Part shown: piece by piece, positions 47,345 through 56,252 of the stretch
Numbering within the stretch: the stretch's first letter is position 1
Layout of the letters: every line of letters begins with the position of its first letter
Assembly: GCA_948471525.1 (NCBI GenBank)
Contig: CAOKSY010000001.1
Location: forward strand, 243,465 to 307,464
Direction: 5' to 3'
From: an uncultured Clostridia bacterium
GTDB lineage: Bacteria > Bacillota > Clostridia > Christensenellales > UBA3700
Length of the DNA: 64,000 nt
Translations under genes and position numbers: made by a program
The notes under the pieces: generated by a model
What the model was told of the DNA's origin: nothing
Database searches by the model: none
The model's input: the letters and a program-made list of their open reading frames with translations, nothing else

Positions 47345-47854
47345 ATGTTTAACGACGATAAAGGTATGAGGGAAATGGCATTGGCTATTACTCATTATGT
47401 TTATAGGAATACTGCTATAGAAGACCATCATACAAATAACGTGAGAATGGATATGCAGTTCTATAAAAAAATATATAATTTGGTTTATAAAAAACTTAAT
47501 ACGGTAAAAGCGCTGCATAAATATATTGCCGACTATCCAAGCGCTGCAATAAAAAGAAAGGAAGATTACCAAGGACTTTTAAAGAGTGTGCCTGAAGAAT
47601 ATCAATTTAAATTTATAATTTACGTTCAAGATATTTTTGAATTAATTATTAATAAATTCGGTCTAGCATGGGAACCGGCTCAGGAGATAACTTGTGACTT
47701 GAAAGATAAAAGCCTTGCAAATTATGTTTTGTCGGGATGCTTTTTGGAAAGTTGTAAAAACAATGCGATTTTGGATGATCCGACAATGTGTTACATCAAT
47801 AAAGATATACACAATAGGATCTATACTTTGCTAATAAACGGTCATCTTAATTAG
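47345..47854 (+). CDS. Hypothetical protein
   Basis: 169 aa, no family recognised. Confidence 0.5.
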   Translation: MFNDDKGMREMALAITHYVYRNTAIEDHHTNNVRMDMQFYKKIYNLVYKKLNTVKALHKYIADYPSAAIKRKEDYQGLLKSVPEEYQFKFIIYVQDIFELIINKFGLAWEPAQEITCDLKDKSLANYVLSGCFLESCKNNAILDDPTMCYINKDIHNRIYTLLINGHLN

Positions 47855-47908
47855 TTATTTATTGTCAATTAAGCATATAAAAGAATTGTCGGGAACTAGG
47901 AGAATAAA

Positions 47909-48631
47909 ATGCCAACGTGGAATCCGTGGCGAGGTTGTCAAAAATATAGCGAAGGTTGCAAATATTGTTATATCCATAAAGGGGATTTCAAACGGAAGAT
48001 CGATACGAACGATATCGTAAAGACGGATAATTTTTATGCTCCCATAGCCAAGAATAAATCGGGCGAATATAAAATCAAATCGGGGCAGACGGTGTATCTT
48101 TGCTTTTCCACGGATTTTTTGATTGAGGAAGCCGATGACTGGCGGTCGGAATGTTGGCAGATGATCAGGGAGCGTTCCGATTTGCACATTTTGTTTTTAA
48201 CAAAACGCATCGAGCGGTTTATGGATTGCATACCCGATGATTGGCAAGACGGATACGACAACGTTACCGTAGGATGTACGGTAGAGAATCTCTTTATTAT
48301 GATTATAAAACTTAAACTGTTGCGTGAAAAGCGGAATTACGCGATTTACAAGGCGTTGGGATATACTATCGTCGACATAATGACGCAGATAGCGATCTCT
48401 ATGGTCATACTGGGCGCGATAGGAAGTCTGGTAGGGGCGCTGGTCGGGGCGTTTACTACGTCCCCCATACTGTCGCTATTCGGCGGATATATCGGCGCGG
48501 GGCATTTTGATTTTGTGATACCGTGGGGATTTACCGTTGCGATAATTTTCGGTATTTGCGCGTTGGTTTATCTTGTTTCTATGCTTTGCGCGATATCGGT
48601 AAGACGTATCCGACCGGCTATGGAAAGATAA
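47909..48631 (+). pseudogene. Chimeric ORF: N-terminal half of a phage Gp37/Gp68-like (DUF5131) protein fused in frame to the C-terminal TM bundle of an FtsX-type ABC permease
   Basis: MPTWNPWRGCQKYSEGCKYCY... runs to about residue 128. Then LLREKRNYAIYKALGYTIVDIMTQIAISMVILGAIGSLVGA... is FtsX-like. The junction is near 48290-48310. Confidence 0.55.
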
Positions 48632-48680
48632 TATACTGCGGCGTCGTAATAGTCTTGTAATTTGCGTTTTCGGCGAGTAT

Positions 48681-48715
48681 TTAATAGACGGCAAAACTTG
48701 TTTGCCGTCTATTAA
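48681..48715. other. Perfect 15-bp hairpin
   Basis: TTAATAGACGGCAAA-acttg-TTTGCCGTCTATTAA. No clean T-run follows, so terminator function is uncertain. Confidence 0.5.
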
Positions 48716-48791
48716 AATAATTCGATATTGACAGAATAAATAATATATAGTATCCTTATACAGTAATAATTGAAACCAAAAGGAGCCCTAT

Positions 48792-50453
48792 ATGGACGCA
48801 AGATCGTTATCGTTCGACATAAAGTATAAAGCCGACGGCAAAAAGTATATCTGCAAAAGCGATAAATGCGAGCATTTTTCTCTCAAATATGATTTGACCG
48901 ACGGAGTGCTGAATTTATCTGTTTTTCCAAATGCAAAAATAGAATTTTTATCTTTCAATATTATTACCCCTTACAAATACTCGTCGGACGACAGGATATT
49001 TGTCAACGGATATCAGAGCTGGACGGACAGTATGGAATATTTTACCGACGGCAAGATGAGCGAACTCAAGGGAACCGTAAGAAGATTCATAAAGAGTCCT
49101 ATGGGCAAGAAGATAGGACTTTCTAAATCGGGCGATACGCTTTTTTGGAAATATCCTAAGAAATCGGGAGTATTTTACGGCTGGTCGTACGGATACGTGC
49201 GCAGAGGCAACCGCGTAGACATATTCGGTTCGCTCGACGAAAGATGCGGATATACGGCGGTTACTTTCGACTGCACCGCAAACGCCGTCGTCATCACCAA
49301 AGAATTGCAGGGAGTTGTATTCGAGAGCGAGAAGAAATTACTCGCGTTTGCTACCGTCAGCGGAGAGTACGACGCGGCGTTTGACGAATATTTCGACAAG
49401 ATGAACGTCAAATCCAGAGAGAACAAAAAGCGAGTCGGATATACGTCTTGGTATAACTACTATTCAAATATAAGCGAAGAAATAATAAATCGCGATCTTG
49501 ACAGTATCGCAAATCAAGATACTCACTTCGACTGTTTTCAGATCGACGACGGATATCAGAGAGCTGTAGGCGACTGGCTGATCACGGATACCAAGAAATT
49601 CCCCAACGGGATGAAGGTCATAGCGGACAGCATTCACGCGCACGGTATGCTTGCGGGACTGTGGCTTGCGCCCTTTGCCGCGACAAGAAAGTCGTTGCTT
49701 TTTCAGGAGCACCCGGATTGGTTTATAAAAGACAAAAACGGCAAGCCGTATAATACCGGTCCCAACTGGGGAGGCTTCTATTCGCTGGACGTTTACAATC
49801 CTCAGGCAAGAGATTATCTCAAGCGCGTATTCGACGTCGTGCTCAACGAATGGGGATACGATCTCGTCAAACTGGATTTCCTTTACGGCGCTTGCGTGCT
49901 GCCTATGTACAATAAGACTCGCGGCGAGATCATGTGCGACGCTATGGATTTTATAAGAGAATGCTGCAAAGATAAGCTGATACTCGGTTGCGGCGTTCCG
50001 CTTATGCCCGCATTCGGCAAAGTAGATTACTGCCGAATAGGCGCGGATATAGATCTTGCGTGGAAAAACAAACCCAATACCATTCGCGAAGACGTCTCCA
50101 CTCCGCACGCCGTATGCAATACCGTATTCAGAAGGCATCTCGACGGCAGAGCTTGGAAAAACGACCCCGACGTATTTATGCTCAGAGACAACAATATGTT
50201 TATGCCTTTGAAGAAGAGAAAACTTCTGGCAAAGATAAATTCCACTTTCGGAAGTTTACTGTTTATTTCCGACGACGTGCGAGAGTACGACGAAGAAAAG
50301 AAAGCCGCGCTCAAAGACACTTTTGAACAAAAGGACGTCGAGATCATTTCGGCGGGCTTTGAGAAAAAAGATATATTGAAGTTGGTCTTCAGCGAGAACG
50401 GCGAGAGCAAGACGCTTGTTTTCAACGTGCGCAACGGAGAAGAATTCCAATAA
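48792..50453 (+). CDS. Alpha-galactosidase (GH36/melibiase-like)
   Basis: 553 aa. DCFQIDDGYQRAVGDWL, LVKLDFLY, CRIGADI. Confidence 0.85.
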   Translation: MDARSLSFDIKYKADGKKYICKSDKCEHFSLKYDLTDGVLNLSVFPNAKIEFLSFNIITPYKYSSDDRIFVNGYQSWTDSMEYFTDGKMSELKGTVRRFIKSPMGKKIGLSKSGDTLFWKYPKKSGVFYGWSYGYVRRGNRVDIFGSLDERCGYTAVTFDCTANAVVITKELQGVVFESEKKLLAFATVSGEYDAAFDEYFDKMNVKSRENKKRVGYTSWYNYYSNISEEIINRDLDSIANQDTHFDCFQIDDGYQRAVGDWLITDTKKFPNGMKVIADSIHAHGMLAGLWLAPFAATRKSLLFQEHPDWFIKDKNGKPYNTGPNWGGFYSLDVYNPQARDYLKRVFDVVLNEWGYDLVKLDFLYGACVLPMYNKTRGEIMCDAMDFIRECCKDKLILGCGVPLMPAFGKVDYCRIGADIDLAWKNKPNTIREDVSTPHAVCNTVFRRHLDGRAWKNDPDVFMLRDNNMFMPLKKRKLLAKINSTFGSLLFISDDVREYDEEKKAALKDTFEQKDVEIISAGFEKKDILKLVFSENGESKTLVFNVRNGEEFQ

Positions 50454-50483
50454 TTTTTCAATAGTAAAATAACTGTATCGATA

Positions 50484-50538
50484 ATTGTCAACTTGTTTAT
50501 CAAAATTGGTTGACAATTATTTTTTATTTCTGTATACT
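50484..50538 (+). promoter_or_regulatory. BirA operator (inverted repeat) overlapping the birA-bioY promoter
   Basis: ATTGTCAAC-N16-GTTGACAAT is a perfect 9-bp inverted repeat. TTGACA (50510) -17- TATACT (50533). Confidence 0.65.
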
Positions 50539-50570
50539 TGCAAAGAACAAGGCCTTGAGAGGTAAGAGCT

Positions 50571-51557
50571 ATGACTTTAAAAAACAGGATATTGCAGATT
50601 TTCGAGAATCACAGAGGAGAAAGCATCTCGGGGCAGCAGCTTGCCGACGAGCTTTGCGTATCGCGCAACAGCGTGTGGAAGAGCGTCAAATCTCTTCAGA
50701 ACGAGGGCTACAGGATCTTGGCGGCGACCAACAAAGGATATATCCTCGAAGAGGACAACGATATCGTCTCGCGTGAGAGCGTCATAGCCGCCCTGGGAGA
50801 CAGGTATTCGCTGGCTGACATCTCAGTGCTCAAGACTACGCCGTCGACCAATACAGAGGCAATGACGAGGCTTTTGGACGGCAGGATAACGCACGGATCG
50901 CTCATCGTCGCCGACGAGCAGTCCAAGGGCAGGGGAAGAATGGGCAAGAGTTTCTTCTCTCCCAAGAGCGGTATATATATGAGCGTCTGTCTGTGTAAGA
51001 GCGTGGAGAATATGTCGGACGTGATGGTCATCACTCCCGCGGCGGCGGTGGCGGTGCGCAGGAGCATAGCCAAATTTACCGATATAGACGCGCGGATAAA
51101 GTGGGTCAACGATATATATATCGGTAAGAAAAAAGTATGCGGTATCCTCACGCAGGCGGATATAGATTTCGAGAGCGGCAAGGCGGGCACTTTTATCGTA
51201 GGTATAGGGATAAACTTTATAAATCAAAAATTCCCCGACGATATCAAGGACAGAGCGTGCGCGCTGTTTGACGAGCGTCCCGTCTCGGTGACGAGAAGCA
51301 AGATGATAGCGGAGATATATTCTCAGTTGCTCGATCTTACGGACGATCTTTCCGATAGATCGTTTATGGACGAATACAGACGTTATTCGTTGGTCTTAGG
51401 CAAGGAGATAAGCTATTCGCTCAACGGCGAGGAAAAACGCGGAACCGTGAGAGATATAGACGACGACGGCGCGCTGATAGTGAGAGAAGGGGAAAAGGAG
51501 CGCAAACTTAATTGCGGAGAAATTTCTATAAGGAGTGCGGACAATGAATGGATCTGA
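50571..51557 (+). CDS. birA: Bifunctional biotin--[acetyl-CoA-carboxylase] ligase / repressor BirA
   Basis: 328 aa. N-terminal winged HTH (ISGQQLADELCVSRNSVWKSV) and ligase core KGRGRMGKSFFS. Confidence 0.9.
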   Translation: MTLKNRILQIFENHRGESISGQQLADELCVSRNSVWKSVKSLQNEGYRILAATNKGYILEEDNDIVSRESVIAALGDRYSLADISVLKTTPSTNTEAMTRLLDGRITHGSLIVADEQSKGRGRMGKSFFSPKSGIYMSVCLCKSVENMSDVMVITPAAAVAVRRSIAKFTDIDARIKWVNDIYIGKKKVCGILTQADIDFESGKAGTFIVGIGINFINQKFPDDIKDRACALFDERPVSVTRSKMIAEIYSQLLDLTDDLSDRSFMDEYRRYSLVLGKEISYSLNGEEKRGTVRDIDDDGALIVREGEKERKLNCGEISIRSADNEWI

Positions 51558-52230
51558 CAAAAGACAAGACCCGATAGACGGGGAAGACAATGCCGTTTGC
51601 GAGAGCGAAAACGGCGCTATCGAAATGACTGACGGCGCGAGAGCGCAGGCGGTTGCGGCTCGAGACAAGAGGAGAACTTATCTTCTGGGAATAGCGATGG
51701 CGGGTATTTTTATCGCATTCATCGCGGTCGGCGCGTATATCAATATTCCGATCGGCACGATAAAGATAACGATGCAGTTTTTGGTTACTAATATCTGCGT
51801 GCTGTTGCTCGGCAAAAAGTGGGGAACCCTCACCGTTGCGCTATACGTATTCCTCGGACTTTGCGGATTGCCGATATTTTCCGATTTCAGCGGCGGTTTC
51901 GCGTATGCGCTCAAGCCCTCCTTCGGATTTTTGATAGGCTTTGTGGTAGGCGGATTTTTTGCATCTTGGTACCGTGAGAAGACGGGCAAGAATACCTTCG
52001 GCGTATATATGACGGCTTCTATGATAAATCTTGTGATAATGGATATCATAGGCACTGTTTACGGCGCGGTGATCATGTACGGATATATGCATTCGACTAT
52101 GGGCGCGTGGGCTTTTCTTATGACGTTTTTGCTGCCGTTTATTCCGATAGACATAGCAAAGTGCGCGGTGGGCAGCGTCGTATGTTGCAGACTGTACAGA
52201 TTCGGTCTCGCGGAGAGAAGGGCGTCCTGA
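51535..52230 (+). CDS. bioY: Biotin transporter BioY; start uncertain
   Basis: 5-6 TM BioY-like core. The N-terminal ~45 aa are acidic or unstructured, so a later start is possible. Confidence 0.8.
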   Translation: MRTMNGSDKRQDPIDGEDNAVCESENGAIEMTDGARAQAVAARDKRRTYLLGIAMAGIFIAFIAVGAYINIPIGTIKITMQFLVTNICVLLLGKKWGTLTVALYVFLGLCGLPIFSDFSGGFAYALKPSFGFLIGFVVGGFFASWYREKTGKNTFGVYMTASMINLVIMDIIGTVYGAVIMYGYMHSTMGAWAFLMTFLLPFIPIDIAKCAVGSVVCCRLYRFGLAERRAS

Positions 52231-52260
52231 CGGATAAAAAATAAATACAGATACGGCTTT

Positions 52261-53787
52261 ATGGCGGCATGTCGTTTTGGCACGCCGCTATTGCTTTTTT
52301 GTATAAGCGTGATAGACTGGATAGTAGTCTCTGCTCTTTCCCCGAAGAATGGAGAATTTATGATTTTGAAATTCAAATATCGCGCCGAAGACGGAATTCT
52401 CGAGCCTTACCGCGAATATACCGTCGCCCGATACAGCTCGATGTCCGACAGAGTCGTCATTGATTTCGACGGTGATTCATTCGATCCGACGCGGTATATT
52501 TTTTATCTCGAATTCGTAAGCTACGACGGCCGCGGTATACCAAGATCGCGTTGCGTTACGCCTATATTGGAATATAACGGCGGAATAACTTACGATTTGC
52601 CTGCCTCTCTTACTCAATACGCCGGACACGTAGATATGCAGCTGACGGGATGCGACGGGACCGATTCGTCCAAAGTCTTCAAGAGCGTGAGCAAATATTG
52701 CAAAGCCTTCGAGGTAGAAGACTCGGCGGGCGTAGTGGAAAACGAGATTGCGCAGACTCCCAATATTTTTACTCAGATCGTCAAGCAGTTGGATGAATTC
52801 GGCAGACAGTGCGAGAGCGAGATAGAGAATATCAGAGCTCAGCTCAAAGACTCTCTGCCCGCGCTTCTCGACGGAAAAAATATCTATACCGTGGAATTCG
52901 TCGTATACGGAAATACGGTAAAGAAAATAAACGTCATAGAGGGAAGCAAGCTGAGCGAACCGCAGTATTCTCTGCCCGAAAAATGTTCGGTCGTAGACGG
53001 TTGGTATATCATCGACGGGATAGATGGCAGACTGTGGGATTTTTCGACGGACAGGGTGGAGGACAATATGCGCCTCACGCTCAATTTTATGAGCGACGGA
53101 CTTGTATTTTCCCAAGGAAAACTTATCGGCGCGGGCAATGCTTCAGGGGCGATATACGTGCCCGAGTTTTATGATGGAAAGGCTGTTACGGAAATTGACG
53201 GCAATATCGCGCTTAATGCTTTCGGCTTGGAATTCTATATGCCGAGCAATATGGATATATCCTGTTTTGCCGCGCTCAAAAACAGCAAAGTAAAGCATAT
53301 CAAATTCCCTGCAGGCGGCTTGTTTAAAATAAGTCCCGACGACGGCGTATATACGGACAGGGATAAAGTCGGGGTCGAGGCTTGTTTTTTTCTCCCGAGG
53401 GTTTATATAAGCGAGGTTAGAGTAAACGGTCCCGCCGAATATCTAGGTCCCTATGCGATAAGCGACAACACTTACGTTACGTCGATCTCTCTGCCCGCGA
53501 CTATGAGATATTTTATCGAGGGATGTATTTGCAATACCGGCGTCAGATCTCTTAAGATCCCCGCGGCGGCGGAGAGCATCGAAGAATATGCGATAAAAGA
53601 CAATACCTCCCTTCAGGCGGTGTATTTGGAAGGGGATTGCTCGCAAGGGATAAACGAAAATTCTTTTGTCGATACGACGGTAACTCCGCACAGAAGACCT
53701 ACGCTCTACGTGAGATCGGAATATTACGGTAAGTACGCCGCGAGAAATTTGCCTTACGTCTTGAAGAAGATAGGCGAGGACAACTGA
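52261..53787 (+). CDS. Leucine-rich-repeat (BspA-type) protein with an unassigned N-terminal domain; alternative start ATG 52360
   Basis: C-terminal repeats (FPAGGLFKI..., LPATMRYFIEGCICNTGVRSLKIP, IEEYAIKDNTSLQAVYLEG). The long form adds a signal-anchor-like GTPLLLFCISVIDWIVVSAL. The short form has a GGAG RBS. Confidence 0.65.
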   Translation: MAACRFGTPLLLFCISVIDWIVVSALSPKNGEFMILKFKYRAEDGILEPYREYTVARYSSMSDRVVIDFDGDSFDPTRYIFYLEFVSYDGRGIPRSRCVTPILEYNGGITYDLPASLTQYAGHVDMQLTGCDGTDSSKVFKSVSKYCKAFEVEDSAGVVENEIAQTPNIFTQIVKQLDEFGRQCESEIENIRAQLKDSLPALLDGKNIYTVEFVVYGNTVKKINVIEGSKLSEPQYSLPEKCSVVDGWYIIDGIDGRLWDFSTDRVEDNMRLTLNFMSDGLVFSQGKLIGAGNASGAIYVPEFYDGKAVTEIDGNIALNAFGLEFYMPSNMDISCFAALKNSKVKHIKFPAGGLFKISPDDGVYTDRDKVGVEACFFLPRVYISEVRVNGPAEYLGPYAISDNTYVTSISLPATMRYFIEGCICNTGVRSLKIPAAAESIEEYAIKDNTSLQAVYLEGDCSQGINENSFVDTTVTPHRRPTLYVRSEYYGKYAARNLPYVLKKIGEDN

Positions 53788-53797
53788 GGAGCGCGTC

Positions 53798-54085
53798 GTG
53801 AAAAGGTGTAAATTTTTCAGAAAAGCCGCGGAAGGAAAAGTACTCGCCAAGGCGGACGGCGGCAGACTTATCTATGCCAGAGGAAGAGTAGGATCGAATA
53901 CCGAGTACGGAATAAGTACCTGGAGAGAGTTCGACTCGGTGGAAGAGGCGGCGAAGGCGCTTGGAGTGCCCGTGCCGCAGATAAGAAGAGCGCGCATATA
54001 TCCGCCTTCCTTTATGGCTGACGGATTGGACAGACCTGCGCTCAGGGGATATTCGTACAGAGATATATTCGACGTAAAAAATTAG
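53798..54085 (+). CDS. Hypothetical protein (GTG start)
   Basis: 95 aa, no family recognised. Confidence 0.35.
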   Translation: MKRCKFFRKAAEGKVLAKADGGRLIYARGRVGSNTEYGISTWREFDSVEEAAKALGVPVPQIRRARIYPPSFMADGLDRPALRGYSYRDIFDVKN

Positions 54086-54133
54086 TTTTACATAATTATT
54101 TCGCCTTTGCCTATACTATCGTCGGAGGTCAAT

Positions 54134-54658
54134 ATGAAAGAGACGGGAATAGTAAGAAGAATCGACGAGTTGGGCAGAGTGGTGATACCCAAAGAATTGA
54201 GAAAAGTGCTCAAACTCAAAGAGGGCGAACTGCTCGAGATATATACCAACGACAAGAGCGAACTGGTATTCAAGAAATATAACGAAGTCGGCGCGACTCA
54301 GGATCAGCTCGATCTTATCAGCAAGATACTGTACAAGAACACGGGCAAAGAAGTGGCGATATGCGATACGAGCAGCATACTCGCGCATTACGGCGGCAAA
54401 AACTATCTTCAGGGCGAAGATATAAGCGACGAACTTTACGGCGTGCTCGACGACAGAAAGTCGCGGCTTATAAAGGACAGAAACGTCAAGATCTCGGACG
54501 AAGGAGAAAAGCCGAAAGACGTGGAGCAGTATATAGTGCCGCTTATCAGCAGCGGAGATCTCTACGGAGGTATCATTCTTTCCGCGGACAAACTCGGCAG
54601 CGTGGACATGGCGCTCTGCGACGCGATGGCTCAGTATTTGATATACAATATAGGCTGA
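54134..54658 (+). CDS. spoVT: Stage V sporulation protein T (AbrB-type N-terminus plus sensor domain)
   Basis: Start at ATG 54134 (GGAGG RBS). IVRRIDELGRVVIPKELRKVLKLKEGELLEIY. Confidence 0.85.
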   Translation: MKETGIVRRIDELGRVVIPKELRKVLKLKEGELLEIYTNDKSELVFKKYNEVGATQDQLDLISKILYKNTGKEVAICDTSSILAHYGGKNYLQGEDISDELYGVLDDRKSRLIKDRNVKISDEGEKPKDVEQYIVPLISSGDLYGGIILSADKLGSVDMALCDAMAQYLIYNIG

Positions 54659-54659
54659 T

Positions 54660-56252
54660 ATGAAAAAGAGATCGTTTGCCTACGGCGCGGTAGTACTTGC
54701 CGTATGCAGTATCGTCGCAAAACTCTTGGGCGGAGTTTATAGGATCGCGCTTACGTCGGCGCTGGGCGCGGAGGGAATAGGATATTATCAGTTGGTATTT
54801 CCCTTTTTTGCTCTTGTGCTTGCAATAAGCAGCAACGCCATACCTATCGCGCTGTCTAGGCAGATATCCGCCGAACTCGCGCAGGACAGGGGCGGAGCGG
54901 TCAGATGGCTTATGAAAAAAGCCTTGCTCTACGCTCTGGCTGCAGGTTTCATCGGCGTAATTTTCACAATAGCACTCTCTCGGCTTATGGCAGGCGCGCA
55001 GTCGCAAGCCGGAGTATATATATGTTATATTGCCATTTCCCCCGCGATAATGTTCGTAGCGCTGGCCAACGTATTCAAAGGTTGGTTTTTGGGACACGGC
55101 AATACTACTCCTGCCGGCGTAAGCCAGATAGCGGAAGTCGTCGCCAAAATGGCGATAGGGCTTCTAGTCATCTACAAATTGCAAAGCCGCGGATTGATGC
55201 AAGCGGTGGCGGGCGGTTTGCTGGCAGTGAGCGTAAGCGAATTCACTTCTTTCGCGACGGTATTCGTTTGGTATCTCGCCGCCGGCAGGGAAGAACGCAG
55301 GCTAAAACCCGAGCGTTCGGGCTATAGATTTTTTTCTTCGTTTTTGCCTATTACGGCAAGCGGACTTATATTTCCCGCAATAGCTTTTATCGACAGTATT
55401 ATGGTCGTCAATCTGCTTGCTCTCGGTTCGCACTCGGACGCGGTAAGCCAATACGGAATCCTTACGGGACCGGTGGCGTCGCTCGTCAATATGCCTATAG
55501 TTTTGGCAATGTCTATATCCGTGGCGATAGTGCCGGCGATCGCAGGAGCGATGTCGGGCTACGACGTGGTGTCGGTCAAAAACAAGACGGCGTCGTCTAT
55601 AAAGATGTGTCTTTTAATATCCACTCCCTTTTTCGTCGGCGCGACGCTTATGTCGGGTAGCATAGTCAGACTTCTGTATCCCGCTTTGAGCGCCGAGCAT
55701 AAAAGTCTTACCGCGTATCTCCTGTCGGTTATGTCTGCGAATATAATAGTGCTGTCCTTGCTAGAAGTGCTTGACGCGGTGTTGCAGGGCATAGGCAGAT
55801 TAAAGCCCGTTCTCGTCAATATAGCGGTGGGCGGCGCGGTCAAGATCGCGGCGGAACTCTTGTTTGTGCCTCGCTTTGGGATAGTGGCGAGCGGACTGTC
55901 GACTATAGCTTTCTATCTTATCGCGCTGTCGCTCAACGGGGCGCAGTACAACAGGCTTGTAGGCAAAAATACAAATCTCTTCAAAAGTATTGGCAAAATA
56001 CTGCTTTCGGGTGCTATAATGTCTTTGGCGGTCGCGCCTGCGGCGTTTATATCGAGCGATATATATTCGGTGATCTACGCCGTGACGGTCGGGGGGCTGG
56101 TATACGCGCTGTCGCTCTTATTCACCAGAGCGGTGGACGAGAAGGAGCTGGCAATGCTGCCTATGGGCGGCAGACTGTCGTCGGCGCTCAAAAGATTAGG
56201 GTATTTCAAGGAGAAAAAGCATTATGATAACGGTAGTGGCATTGGGCTGTGA
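54660..56252 (+). CDS. MOP-superfamily flippase (SpoVB/YabM-like)
   Basis: 530 aa, about 14 TM. Its position between spoVT and yabN matches Bacillus yabM. Confidence 0.8.
   Translation: MKKRSFAYGAVVLAVCSIVAKLLGGVYRIALTSALGAEGIGYYQLVFPFFALVLAISSNAIPIALSRQISAELAQDRGGAVRWLMKKALLYALAAGFIGVIFTIALSRLMAGAQSQAGVYICYIAISPAIMFVALANVFKGWFLGHGNTTPAGVSQIAEVVAKMAIGLLVIYKLQSRGLMQAVAGGLLAVSVSEFTSFATVFVWYLAAGREERRLKPERSGYRFFSSFLPITASGLIFPAIAFIDSIMVVNLLALGSHSDAVSQYGILTGPVASLVNMPIVLAMSISVAIVPAIAGAMSGYDVVSVKNKTASSIKMCLLISTPFFVGATLMSGSIVRLLYPALSAEHKSLTAYLLSVMSANIIVLSLLEVLDAVLQGIGRLKPVLVNIAVGGAVKIAAELLFVPRFGIVASGLSTIAFYLIALSLNGAQYNRLVGKNTNLFKSIGKILLSGAIMSLAVAPAAFISSDIYSVIYAVTVGGLVYALSLLFTRAVDEKELAMLPMGGRLSSALKRLGYFKEKKHYDNGSGIGL

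Noticed and set aside
46462-48715. Calling the tRNA-Leu-adjacent patch a mobile element or prophage
   Set aside because: I found no integrase, recombinase or transposase, no phage structural genes, and no direct repeat of the tRNA 3' end. It is reported only as an accessory or decayed patch.
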